DNA of 64,000 nt from Eledone cirrhosa (Eukaryota). Where the stretch lies: NCBI GenBank assembly GCA_964016885.1, contig OZ024740.1:294996001-295060000 (forward strand), in the 5' to 3' direction. Position numbers and translations under genes: made by a program. Under the pieces are notes generated by a model. That model was not told the DNA's origin, made no database searches, and was given only the letters and a program-made list of their open reading frames with translations. Below are positions 1 to 15,000 of this stretch, piece by piece; within the stretch, counting starts at the first letter, position 1; the number at the start of each line of letters is the position of its first letter.

Positions 1-3000
1 CTCACTCTGTCACATCTCTCACTCTGTCACATCTCCACCTCTGTCACATCTCCACCTCTGTCACTTCTCTCACTCTGTCACATCTCCACCTCTGTCACAT
101 CTCCATCTCTGCCACTTCTCTCACTCTGTCACATCTCCACCTCTGTCACTTCTCTCACTCTGTCACATCTCCACCTCTGTCACATATCCACTTCTGTCAC
201 TTCTCTCACTCTGTCACATCTCCAGCTCAGCCACTTCTCTCACTCTGTCACATCTCCATCTTTGTCACTTCTCTCACTCTGTCACATCTCCACCTCTGTC
301 ACTTCTCTCACTCTGTCATATCTCCCCCTCTGCCACTTCTCTCACTCTGTCACATCTCCACCTCTGTCACTTCCCTCACTCTGTCACATCTCCACCTCTG
401 TCACTTCTCTCACTCTGTCACGTCTCCATCTCTGTCACTTCTCTCACTCTGTCACATCTCCAGCTCTGCCACTTCTCTCACTCTGTCACATATCCACCTC
501 TGTTAAATCTGTCACTCTGTCATATCTCCACCTCTGCCACTTCTCTCACTCTGTCACGTCTCCATCTCTGTCACTTCTCTCACTCTGTCATATCTCCACC
601 TCTGCCACTTCTCTCACTCTGTCACATCTCTATCTCTGTCACTTCTCTCACTCTGTCATATCTCCACCTCTGCCACTTCTCTTACTCTGTCATATCTCCA
701 CCTCTGCCACTTCTCTCACTCTGTCACATCTCCACCTCTGTCACATCTCCATCTCTGTCACTTCTCTCACTCTGTCACATCTCCACCTCTGTCACTTCTC
801 TCACTCTGTCACATCTCCACCTCTGTCACATCTCCACCTCTGTCACTTCTCTCACTCTGTCACATCTCCATCTCTGTCACTTCTCTCACTCTGTCACATC
901 TCCAGCTCTGCCACTTCTCTCACTCTGTCACATATCCACCTCTGTTACATCTCTCACTCTGTCATATCTCCACCTCTGCCACTTCTCTCACTCTGTCACG
1001 TCTCCACCTCTGCCACTTCTCTCACTCTGTCATATCTCCACCTCTGCCACTTCTCTCACTCTGTCATATCTCCACCTCTGCCACTTCTCTCACTCTGTCA
1101 CATCTCCACCTCTGTCACATCTCCATCTCTGTCACATCTCCAGCTCTGCCACTTCTCTCACTCTGTCACTTCTCTCACTCTGTCACATCTCCACCTCTGT
1201 CACTTCTCTCACTCTGTCATATCTCCCCCTCTGCCACTTCTCTCACTCTGTCACATCTCCACCACTGTCACTTCCCTCACTCTGTGACATCTCCATCTCT
1301 GCCACTTCTCTCACTCTGTCACATCTTCACCTCTGTCACATCTCTCACTCTGTCATATCTCCACCTCTGCCACTTCTCTCACTCTGTCACATCTCCACCT
1401 CTGTCACTTCTCTCACTCTGTCACATCTCCATCTCTGTCACTTCTCTCACTCTGTCACATCTCCATCTCTGCCACTTCTCTCACTCTGTCACATCTCCAC
1501 CTCTGTCACTTCTCTCACTCTGTCACATCTCCACCTCTGTCACATCTCTCACTCTGTCACATCTCCACCCCTGTCACATCACTCTACTCTGTCACATCTC
1601 CACCTCTGTCACATCTCCACTTCTGTCACATCTCCACCTCTGTCACTCCTCTCACTCTGTCATATCTCCATCTCTGTCACTTCTCTCACTCTGTCACATC
1701 TCTCACTCTGTCACATCTCAACCTCTGTCACTTCTCTCACTCTGTCACATCTCCATCTCTGTCACTTCTCTCACTTTGTCATATCACCATCTCTGTCACT
1801 TCTCTCACTCTGTCACATCTCTCACTCTGTCACATCTCCACCTCTGTCACATCTCCACCTCTGTCACTTCTCTCACTCTGTCACATCTCCACCTCTGTCA
1901 CATCTCCATCTCTGCCACTTCTCTCACTCTGTCACATCTCCACCTCTGTCACTTCTCTCACTCTGTCACATCTCCACCTCTGTCACATATCCACTTCTGT
2001 CACTTCTCTCACTCTGTCACATCTCCATCTCTGTCACTTCTCTCACTCTGTCACATCTCCAGCTCAGCCACTTCTCTCACTCTGTCACATCTCCATCTTT
2101 GTCACTTCTCTCACTCTGTCACATCTCCACCTCTGTCACTTCTCTCACTCTGTCATATCTCCCCCTCTGCCACTTCTCTCACTCTGTCACATCTCCACCT
2201 CTGTCACTTCCCTCACTCTGTCACATCTCCACCTCTGTCACTTCTCTCACTCTGTCACGTCTCCATCTCTGTCACTTCTCTCACTCTGTCACATCGCCAG
2301 CTCTGCCACTTCTCTCACTCTGTCACATATCCACCTCTGTTAAATCTGTCACTCTGTCATATCTCCACCTCTGCCACTTCTCTCACTCTGTCACGTCTCC
2401 ATCTCTGTCACTTCTCTCACTCTGTCATATCTCCACCTCTGCCACTTCTCTCACTCTGTCACATCTCTATCTCTGTCACTTCTCTCACTCTGTCATATCT
2501 CCACCTCTGCCACTTCTCTTACTCTGTCATATCTCCACCTCTGCCACTTCTCTCACTCTGTCACATCTCCACCTCTGTCACATCTCCATCTCTGTCACTT
2601 CTCTCACTCTGTCACATCTCCACCTCTGTCACTTCTCTCACTCTGTCACATCTCCACCTCTGTCACATCTCCACCTCTGTCACTTCTCTCACTCTGTCAC
2701 ATCTCCATCTCTGTCACTTCTCTCACTCTGTCACATCTCCAGCTCTGCCACTTCTCTCACTCTGTCACATATCCACCTCTGTTACATCTCTCACTCTGTC
2801 ATATCTCCACCTCTGCCACTTCTCTCACTCTGTCACGTCTCCATCTCAGTCACTTCTCTCACTCTGTCATATCTCCACCTCTGCCACTTCTCTCACTCTG
2901 TCATATCTCCACCTCTGCCACTTCTCTCACTCTGTCATATCTCCACCTCTGCCACTTCTCTCACTCTGTCACATCTCCACCTCTGTCACATCTCCATCTC

Positions 3001-6000
3001 TGTCACATCTCCATCTCTGCCACTTCTCTCACTCTGTCACATCTCCACCTCTGTCACTTCTCTCACTCTGTCACATCTTCACCCCTGTCACATCTCTCAC
3101 TCTGTCACATCTCCACCTCTGTCACATCTCCATTTCTGTCACATCTCCACATCTGTCTCTTCTCTCACTCTGTCACATCTCCATCTCTGTCACTTCTCTC
3201 ACTCTGTCACATCTCTCAATCTGTCACATCTCCACCTCTTTCACTTCTCTCACTCTGTCACATCTCCACCCCTGTCACTTCTCTCACTCTGTCACATCTC
3301 CACCTCTGTCACATCTCTCACTCTGTCACATCTCCACCCCTGTCACATCTCTCACTCTGTCACATCTCCACCTCTGTCACATCTTCACTTCTGTCACATC
3401 TCCACCTCTGTCACTTCTCCCACTCTGTCATATCTCCACCTCTGTCACTTCTCTCACTCTGTCACATCTCCACCTCTGTCACTTCTCTCACTCTGTCACA
3501 TCTCCACCCCTGTCACATCACTCTACTCTGTCACATCTCCACCTCTGTCACATCTCCACTTCTGTCACATCTCCACCTCTGTCACTCCTCTCACTCTGTC
3601 ATATCTCCATCTCTCTCACTTCTCTCACTCTGTCACATCTCTCACTCTGTCACATCTCAACCTCTGTCACTTCTCTCACTCTGTCACATCTCCACCTCTG
3701 TCACATCTCTTACTCTGTCACATCTCCACCTCTGTCACTTCTCTCACTCTGTCACATCTCCACCTCTGTCACATCTCCACTTCTGTCACTTCTCTTACTC
3801 TGTCACATCTCCATCTCTGTCACTTCTCTCACTCTGTCACATCTCCAGCTCTGCCACTTCTCTCACTCTGTCACTTCTCTCACTCTGTCACATCTCCACC
3901 TCTGTCACTTCTCTCACTCTGTCATATCTCCCCCTCTGCCACTTCTCTCACTCTGTCACATCTCCACCTCTGTCACTTCCCTCACTCTGTGACATCTCCA
4001 TCTCTGCCACTTCTCTCACTCTGTCACATCTTCACCTCTGTCACATCTCTCACTCTGTCATATCTCCACCTCTGCCACTTCTCTCACTCTGTCACATCTC
4101 CACCTCTGTCACTTCTCTCACTCTGTCACATCTCCATCTCTGTCACTTCTCTCACTCTATCATATCTCCACCTCTGCCACTTCTCTCACTCTGTCATATC
4201 TCCACCTCTGCCACTTCTCTCACTCTGTCACATCTCCATCTCTGCCACTTCTCTCACTCTGTCACATCTCCACCTCTGTCACTTCTCTCACTCTGTCACA
4301 TCTCCACCTCTGGCACATCTCTCACTCTGTCACATCTCCACCCCTGTCACATCACTCTACTCTGTCACATCTCCACCTCTGTCACATCTCCACTTCTGTC
4401 ACATCTCCACCTCTGTCACTCCTCTCACTCTGTCATATCTCCATCTCTGTCACTTCTCTCACTCTGTCACATCTCTCACTCTGTCACATCTCAACCTCTG
4501 TCACTTCTCTCACTCTGTCACATCTCCATCTCTGTCACTTCTCTCACTTTGTCATATCACCATCTCTGTCACTTCTCTCACTCTGTCACATCTCTCACTC
4601 TGTCACATCTCCACCTCTGTCACATCTCCACCTCTGTCACTTCTCTCACTCTGTCACATCTCCACCTCTGTCACATCTCCATCTCTGCCACTTCTCTCAC
4701 TCTGTCACATCTCCACCTCTGTCACTTCTCTCACTCTGTCACATCTCCACCTCTGTCACATATCCACTTCTGTCACTTCTCTCACTCTGTCACATCTCCA
4801 TCTCTGTCACTTCTCTCACTCTGTCACATCTCCAGCTCAGCCACTTCTCTCACTCTGTCACATCTCCATCTTTGTCACTTCTCTCACTCTGTCACATCTC
4901 CACCTCTGTCACTTCTCTCACTCTGTCATATCTCCCCCTCTGCCACTTCTCTCACTCTGTCACATCTCCACCTCTGTCACTTCCCTCACTCTGTCACATC
5001 TCCACCTCTGTCACTTCTCTCACTCTGTCACGTCTCCATCTCTGTCACTTCTCTCACTCTGTCACATCTCCAGCTCTGCCACTTCTCTCACTCTGTCACA
5101 TATCCACCTCTGTTAAATCTGTCACTCTGTCATATCTCCACCTCTGCCACTTCTCTCACTCTGTCACGTCTCCATCTCTGTCACTTCTCTCACTCTGTCA
5201 TATCTCCACCTCTGCCACTTCTCTCACTCTGTCACATCTCTATCTCTGTCACTTCTCTCACTCTGTCATATCTCCACCTCTGCCACTTCTCTTACTCTGT
5301 CATATCTCCACCTCTGCCACTTCTCTCACTCTGTCACATCTCCACCTCTGTCACATCTCCATCTCTGTCACTTCTCTCACTCTGTCACATCTCCACCTCT
5401 GTCACTTCTCTCACTCTGTCACATCTCCACCTCTGTCACATCTCCACCTCTGTCACTTCTCTCACTCTGTCACATCTCCATCTCTGTCACTTCTCTCACT
5501 CTGTCACATCTCCAGCTCTGCCACTTCTCTCACTCTGTCACATATCCACCTTTGTTACATCTCTCACTCTGTCATATCTCCACCTCTGCCACTTCTCTCA
5601 CTCTGTCACGTCTCCATCTCAGTCACTTCTCTCACTCTGTCATATCTCCACCTCTGCCACTTCTCTCACTCTGTCATATCTCCACCTCTGCCACTTCTCT
5701 CACTCTGTCATATCTCCACCTCTGCCACTTCTCTCACTCTGTCACATCTCCACCTCTGTCACATCTCGATCTCTGTCACATCTCCATCTCTGCCACTTCT
5801 CTCACTCTGTCACATCTCCACCTCTGTCACTTCTCTCACTCTGTCACATCTTCACCCCTGTCACATCTCTCACTCTGTCACATCTCCACCTCTGTCACAT
5901 CTCCATTTCTGTCACATCTCCACCCCTGTCACTTCTCTCACTCTGTCACATCTCCACCTCTGTCACATCTCTCACTCTGTCACATCTCCACCCCTGTCAC

Positions 6001-9000
6001 ATCTCTCACTCTGTCACATCTCCACCTCTGTCACATCTTCACTTCTGTCACATCTCCACCTCTGTCACTTCTCCCACTCTGTCATATCTCCATCTCTGTC
6101 ACTTCTCTCACTCTGTCACATCTCTCACTCTGTCACATCTCCACCTCTGTCACATCTCCACCTCTGTCACTTCTCTCACTCTGTCACATCTCCACCTCTG
6201 TCACATCTCCACCTCTGCCACTTCTCTCACTCTGTCACATCTCCACCTCTGTCACTTTTCTCACTCTGTCACATCTCCATCTTTGTCACTTCTCTCATTC
6301 TGTCACATCTCCACCTCTGTCACATCTCCACCTTTGTCACTTCTCTCACTCTGTCACATCTCCACCTCTGTCACATCTCCATCTCTGTCACGGCTCTCAC
6401 TCTGTCACATCTCCACCTCTGTCACTTCTCTCACTCTGTCACATCTCCACCTCTGTCACTTCTCTCACTCTGTCACATCTCCACCTCTGTCACATCTCTC
6501 ACTCTGTCACATCTCCACCTCTGTCACTTCTCTCACTCTTTCACATCTCCACCTCTGTCACATCTCCACCTCTGTCACTTCTCTCACTCAGTCACATCTC
6601 CATCTCTGTCACTTCTCTCACTCTGTCACATCTCCAGCTCTGCCACTTCTCTCACTCTGTCACATCTCCATCTTTGTCACTTCTCTCACTCTGTCACATC
6701 TCCACCTCTGTCACTTCTCTCACTCTGTCATATCTCCCCCTCTGCCACTTCTCTCACTCTGTCACATGTCCACCTCGGTCAGTTCCCTCACTCTGTGACA
6801 TCTCCATCTCTGCCACTTCTCTCACTCTGTCACATCTCCACCATTGTCACTTCCCTCACTATATCACATCTCCACCTCTGTCACATCTCTCACTCTGTCA
6901 TATCTCCACCTCTGCCACTTCTCTCACTCTGTCACATCTCCACCTCTGTCACTTCTCTCACTTTCTCACATCTCCATCTTTGTCACTTCTCTCACTCTGT
7001 CATATCTCCACCTCTGCCACTTCTCTCACTCTGTCATATCTCCACCTCTGCCACTTCTCTCACGCTGTCACATCTCCACCTCTGCCACTTCTCTTACTCT
7101 GTCACATCTCCATCTCTGCCACTTCTCTCACTCTGTCACATCTCCATCTCTGTCACTTCTCTCACTCTGTCACATCTCCACCTCTGTCACATCTCCATCT
7201 CTGTCACTTCTCCATTTCTGCCACTTCTCTCACTCTGTCAGATCTCCACCTCTGTCACTTCGCTCACTCTGTCAGATCTCCACCTCTGTCACTTCTCTCA
7301 CTCTGTCACATCTCCACCTCTCTCACATCTCTCACTCTGACACATCTCCACCCCTGTCACATCACTCCACTCTGTCACATCTCCACCTCTGTCACATCTC
7401 CACTTCTGTCACATCTCCACCCCTGTCACTTCTCTCACTCTGTCACATCTCCACCTCTGTCACATCTCTCACTCTGTCACATCTCCACCCCTGTCACATC
7501 TCTCACTCTGTCACATCTCCACCTCTGTCACATCTTCACTTCTGTCACATCTCCACCTCTGTCACTTCTCCCACTCTGTCATATCTCCATCTCTGTCACT
7601 TCTCTCACTCTGTCACATCTCTCACTCTGTCACATCTCCACCTCTGTCACATCTCCACCTCTGTCACTTCTCTCACTCTGTCACATCTCCACCTCTGTCA
7701 CATCTCCACCTCTGCCACTTCTCTCACTCTGTCACATCTCCACCTCTGTCACTTCTCTCACTCTGTCACATCTCCACCTCTGTCACTTCTCTCACTCTGT
7801 CACATCTCCACCTCTGTCACATATCCACTTCTGTCACTTCTCTCACTCTGTCACATCTCCATCTCTGTCACTTCTCTCACTCTGTCACATCTCCAGCTCT
7901 GCCACTTCTCTCACTCTGTCACATCTCCATCTTTGTCACTTCTCTCACTCTGTCACATCTCCACCTCTGTCACTTCTCTCACTCTGTCATATCTCCCCCT
8001 CTGCCACTTCTCTCACTCTGTCACATCTCCACCTCTGTCACTTCCCTCACTCTGTCACATCTCCACCTCTGTCACTTCTCTCACTCTGTCACGTCTCCAT
8101 CTCTGTCACTTCTCTCACTCTGTCACATCTCCAGCTCTGCCACTTCTCTCACTCTGTCACATATCCACCTCTGTTAAATCTGTCACTCTGTCATATCTCC
8201 ACCTCTGCCACTTCTCTCACTCTGTCACGTCTCCATCTCTGTCACTTCTCTCACTCTGTCATATCTCCACCTCTGCCACTTCTATCACTCTGTCACATCT
8301 CTATCTCTGTCACTTCTCTCACTCTGTCATATCTCCACCTCTGCCACTTCTCTTACTCTGTCATATCTCCACCTCTGCCACTTCTCTCACTCTGTCACAT
8401 CTCCACCTCTGTCACATCTCCATCTCTGTCACTTCTCTCACTCTGTCACATCTCCACCTCTGTCACTTCTCTCACTCTGTCACATCTCCACCTCTGTCAC
8501 ATCTCCACCTCTGTCACTTCTCTCACTCTGTCACATCACCATCTCTGTCACTTCTCTCACTCTGTCACATCTCCAGCTCTGCCACTTCTATCACTCTGTC
8601 ACATATCCACCTCTGTTACATCTCTCACTCTGTCATATCTCCAACTCTGCCACTTCTCTCACTCTGTCACGTCTCCATCTCTGTCACTTCTCTCACTCTG
8701 TCGTATCTCCACCTCTGCCACTTCTCTCACTCTGTCATATCTCCACCTCTGCCACTTCTCTCACTCTGTCACATCTCCACCTCTGTCACATCTCCATCTC
8801 TGTCACATCTCCATCTCTGCCACTTCTCTCACTCTGTCACATCTCCACCTCTGTCACTTCTCTCACTCTGTCACATCTCCACCCCTGTCACATCTCTCAC
8901 TCTGTCACATCTCCACCTCTGTCACATCTCCATTTCTGTCACATCGCCACATCTGTCACTTCTCTCACTCTGTCACATCTCCATCTCTGTCACTTCTCTC

Positions 9001-12000
9001 ACTCTGTCACATCTCTCAATCTGTCACATCTCCACCTCTGTCACTTCTCTCACTCTGTCACATCTCCACCCCTGCCACTTCTCTCACTCTGTCACATCTC
9101 CACCTCTGTCACATCTCTCACTCTGTCACATCTCCACCCCTGTCACATCTCTCACTCTGTCACATCTCCACCTCTGTCACATCTTCACTTCTGTCACATC
9201 TCCACCTCTGTCACTTCTCCCACTCTGTCATATCTCCATCTCTGTCACTTCTCTCACTCTGTCACATCTCTCACTCTGTCACATCTCCACCTCTGTCACA
9301 TCTCCACCTCTGTCACTTCTCTCACTCTGTCACATCTCCACCTCTGTCACATCTCCACCTCTGCCACTTCTCTCACTCTGTCACATCTCCACCTCTGTCA
9401 CTTTTCTCACTCTGTCACATCTCCATCTTTGTCACTTCTCTCATTCTGTCACATCTCCACCTCTGTCACATCTCCACCTTTGTCACTTCTCTCACTCTGT
9501 CACATCTCCACCTCTGTCACATCTCCATCTCTGTCACGGCTCTCACTCTGTCACATCTCCACCTCTGTCACTTCTCTCACTCTGTCACATCTCCACCTCT
9601 GTCACTTCTCTCACTCTGTCACATCTCCACCTCTGTCACATCTCTCACTCTGTCACATCTCCACCTCTGTCACTTCTCTCACTCTGTCACATCTCCACCT
9701 CTGTCACTTCTCTCACTCAGTCACATCTCCATCTCTGTCACTTCTCTCACTCTGTCACATCTCCAGCTCTGCCACTTCTCTCACTCTGTCACATCTCCAT
9801 CTTTGTCACTTCTCTCACTCTGTCACATCTCCACCTCTGTCACTTCTCTCACTCTGTCATATCTCCCCCTCTGCCACTTCTCTCACTCTGTCACATGTCC
9901 ACCTCGGTCAGTTCCCTCACTCTGTGACATCTCCATCTCTGCCACTTCTCTCACTCTGTCACATCTCCACCTCTGTCACTTCCCTCACTATATCACATCT
10001 CCACCTCTGTCACATCTCTCACTCTGTCATATCTCCACCTCTGCCACTTCTCTCACTCTGTCACATCTCCACCTCTGTCACTTCTCTCACTTTGTCACAT
10101 CTCCATCTTTGTCACTTCTCTCACTCTGTCATATCTCCACCTCTGCCACTTCTCTCACTCTGTCATATCTCCACCTCTGCCACTTCTCTCACTCTGTCAC
10201 ATCTCCACCTCTGCCACTTCTCTTACTCTGTCACATCCCCATCTCTGCCACTTCTCTCACTCTGTCACATCTCCATCTCTGTCACTTCTCTCACTCTGTC
10301 ACATCTCCACCTCTGTCACATCTCCATCTCTGTCACTTCTCCATCTCTGCCACTTCTCTCACTCTGTCAGATCTCCACCTCAGTCACTTCGCTCACTCTG
10401 TCACATCTCCACCTCTGTCACTTCTCTCACTCTGTCACATCCCCACCTCTCTCACATCTCTCACTCTGACACATCTCCACCCCTGTCACATCACTCCACT
10501 CTGTCACATCTCCACCTCTGTCACATCTCCACTTCTGTCACATCTCCACCCCTGTCACTTCTCTCACTCTGTCACATATCCACCTCTGTCACATCTCTCA
10601 CTCTGTCACATCTCCACCCCTGTCACATCTCTCACTCTGTCACATCTCCACCTCTGTCACATCTTCACTTCTGTCACATCTCCACCTCTGTCACTTCTCC
10701 CACTCTGTCATATCTCCATCTCTGTCACTTCTCTCACTCTGTCACATCTCTCACTCTGTCACATCTCCACCTCTGTCACATCTCCACCTCTGTCACTTCT
10801 CTCACTCTGTCACATCTCCACCTCTGTCACATCTCCACCTCTGCCACTTCTCTCACTCTGTCACATCTCCACCTCTGTCACTTCTCTCACTCTGTCACAT
10901 CTCCACCTCTGTCACTTCTCTCACTCTGTCACATCTCCACCTCTGTCACATATCCACTTCTGTCACTTCTCTCACTCTGTCACATCTCCATCTCTGTCAC
11001 TTCTCTCACTCTGTCACATCTCCAGCTCTGCCACTTCTCTCACTCTGTCACATCTCCATCTTTGTCACTTCTCTCACTCTGTCACATCTCCACCTCTGTC
11101 ACTTCTCTCACTCTGTCATATCTCCCCCTCTGCCACTTCTCTCACTCTGTCACATCTCCACCTCTGTCACTTCCCTCACTCTGTCACATCTCCACCTCTG
11201 TCACTTCTCTCACTCTGTCACGTCTCCATCTCTGTCACTTCTCTCACTCTGTCACATCTCCAGCTCTGCCACTTCTCTCACTCTGTCACATATCCACCTC
11301 TGTTAAATCTGTCACTCTGTCATATCTCCACCTCTGCCACTTCTCTCACTCTGTCACGTCTCCATCTCTGTCACTTCTCTCACTCTGTCATATCTCCACC
11401 TCTGCCACTTCTCTCACTCTGTCACATCTCTATCTCTGTCACTTCTCTCACTCTGTCATATCTCCACCTCTGCCACTTCTCTTACTCTGTCATATCTCCA
11501 CCTCTGCCACTTCTCTCACTCTGTCACATCTCCACCTCTGTCACATCTCCATCTCTGTCACTTCTCTCACTCTGTCACATCTCCACCTCTGTCACTTCTC
11601 TCACTCTGTCACATCTCCACCTCTGTCACATCTCCACCTCTGTCACTTCTCTCACTCTGTCACATCACCATCTCTGTCACTTCTCTCACTCTGTCACATC
11701 TCCAGCTCTGCCACTTCTATCACTCTGTCACATATCCACCTCTGTTACATCTCTCACTCTGTCATATCTCCAACTCTGCCACTTCTCTCACTCTGTCACG
11801 TCTCCATCTCTGTCACTTCTCTCACTCTGTCGTATCTCCACCTCTGCCACTTCTCTCACTCTGTCATATCTCCACCTCTGCCACTTCTCTCACTCTGTCA
11901 CATCTCCACCTCTGTCACATCTCCATCTCTGTCACATCTCCATCTCTGCCACTTCTCTCACTCTGTCACATCTCCACCTCTGTCACTTCTCTCACTCTGT

Positions 12001-15000
12001 CACATCTCCACCCCTGTCACATCTCTCACTCTGTCACATCTCCACCTCTGTCACATCTCCATTTCTGTCACATCGCCACATCTGTCACTTCTCTCACTCT
12101 GTCACATCTCCATCTCTGTCACTTCTCTCACTCTGTCACATCTCTCAATCTGTCACATCTCCACCTCTGTCACTTCTCTCACTCTGTCACATCTCCACCC
12201 CTGCCACTTCTCTCACTCTGTCACATCTCCACCTCTGTCACATCTCTCACTCTGTCACATCTCCACCCCTGTCACATCTCTCACTCTGTCACATCTCCAC
12301 CTCTGTCACATCTTCACTTCTGTCACATCTCCACCTCTGTCACTTCTCCCACTCTGTCATATCTCCATCTCTGTCACTTCTCTCACTCTGTCACATCTCT
12401 CACTCTGTCACATCTCCACCTCTGTCACATCTCCACCTCTGTCACTTCTCTCACTCTGTCACATCTCCACCTCTGTCACATCTCCACCTCTGCCACTTCT
12501 CTCACTCTGTCACATCTCCACCTCTGTCACTTTTCTCACTCTGTCACATCTCCATCTTTGTCACTTCTCTCATTCTGTCACATCTCCACCTCTGTCACAT
12601 CTCCACCTTTGTCACTTCTCTCACTCTGTCACATCTCCACCTCTGTCACATCTCCATCTCTGTCACGGCTCTCACTCTGTCACATCTCCACCTCTGTCAC
12701 TTCTCTCACTCTGTCACATCTCCATCTCTGTCACTTCTCTCACTCTGTCACATCTCCACCTCTGTCACATCTCTCACTCTGTCACATCTCCACCTCTGTC
12801 ACTTCTCTCACTCTGTCACATCTCCACCTCTGTCACTTCTCTCACTCAGTCACATCTCCATCTCTGTCACTTCTCTCACTCTGTCACATCTCCAGCTCTG
12901 CCACTTCTCTCACTCTGTCACATCTCCATCTTTGTCACTTCTCTCACTCTGTCACATCTCCACCTCTGTCACTTCTCTCACTCTGTCATATCTCCCCCTC
13001 TGCCACTTCTCTCACTCTGTCACATGTCCACCTCGGTCAGTTCCCTCACTCTGTGACATCTCCATCTCTGCCACTTCTCTCACTCTGTCACATCTCCACC
13101 TCTGTCACTTCCCTCACTATATCACATCTCCACCTCTGTCACATCTCTCACTCTGTCATATCTCCACCTCTGCCACTTCTCTCACTCTGTCACATCTCCA
13201 CCTCTGTCACTTCTCTCACTTTGTCACATCTCCATCTTTGTCACTTCTCTCACTCTGTCATATCTCCACCTCTGCCACTTCTCTCACTCTGTCATATCTC
13301 CACCTCTGCCACTTCTCTCACTCTGTCACATCTCCACCTCTGCCACTTCTCTTACTCTGTCACATCCCCATCTCTGCCACTTCTCTCACTCTGTCACATC
13401 TCCATCTCTGTCACTTCTCTCACTCTGTCACATCTCCACCTCTGTCACATCTCCATCTCTGTCACTTCTCCATCTCTGCCACTTCTCTCACTCTGTCAGA
13501 TCTCCACCTCAGTCACTTCGCTCACTCTGTCACATCTCCACCTCTGTCACTTCTCTCACTCTGTCACATCCCCACCTCTCTCACATCTCTCACTCTGACA
13601 CATCTCCACCCCTGTCACATCACTCCACTCTGTCACATCTCCACCTCTGTCACATCTCCACTTCTGTCACATCTCCACCCCTGTCACTTCTCTCACTCTG
13701 TCACATCTCCACTTCTGTCACATCTCTCACTCTGTCACATCTCCACCCCTGTCACATCTCTCACTCTGTCACATCTCCACCTCTGTCACATCTTCACTTC
13801 TGTCACATCTCCACCTCTGTCACTTCTCCCACTCTGTCATATCTCCATCTCTGTCACTTCTCTCACTCTGTCACATCTCTCACTCTGTCACATCTCCACC
13901 TCTGTCACATCTCCACCTCTGTCACTTCTCTCACTCTGTCACATCTCCACCTCTGTCACATCTCCACCTCTGCCACTTCTCTCACTCTGTCACATCTCCA
14001 CCTCTGTCACTTTTCTCACTCTGTCACATCTCCATCTTTGTCACTTCTCTCATTCTGTCACATCTCCACCTCTGTCACATCTCCACCTTTGTCACTTCTC
14101 TCACTCTGTCACATCTCCACCTCTGTCACATCTCCATCTCTGTCACGGCTCTCACTCTGTCACATCTCCACCTCTGTCACTTCTCTCACTCTGTCACATC
14201 TCCACCTCTGTCACATCTCCACCTCTGTCACATCTCCACCTCTGTCACATCTCTCACTCTGTCACATCTCCACCTCCGTCACTTCTCTCACTCTGTCACA
14301 TCTCCACCTCTGTCACATCTCCACCTCTGTCACTTCTCTCACTCAGTCACATCTCTCAATCTGTCACATCTCCACCTCTGTCACTTCTCTCACTCTGTCA
14401 CATCTCCACCCCTGTCACTTCTCTCACTCTGTCACATCTCCATCTCTGCCACTTCTCTCACTCTGTCACATCTCCACCTCTGTCACGTCCCTCACTATAT
14501 CACATCTCCACCTCTGTCACATCTCTCACTCTGTCATATCTCCACCTCTGCCACTTCTCTCACTCTGTCATATCTCCACCTCTGCCACTTCTCTCACTCT
14601 GTCACATCTCCACCTCTGCCACTTCTCTTACTCTGTCACATCTCCATCTCTGCCACTTCTCTCACTCTGTCACATCTCCATCTCTGTCACTTCTCTCACT
14701 CTGTCACATCTCCACCTCTGTCACATCTCAATCTCTGTCACTTCTCCATCTCTGCCACTTCTCTCACTCTGTCAGATCTCCACCTCTGTCACTTCGCTCA
14801 CTCTGTCACATCTCCACCTCTGTCACTTCTCTCACTCTGTCACATCTCCACCTCTCTCACATCTCTCACTCTGACACATCTCCACCCCTGTCACATCACT
14901 CCACTCTGTCACATCTCCACCTCTGTCACATCTCCACTTCTGTCACATCTCCACCCCTGTCACTTCTCTCACTCTGTCCCATCTCCACCTCTGTCACATC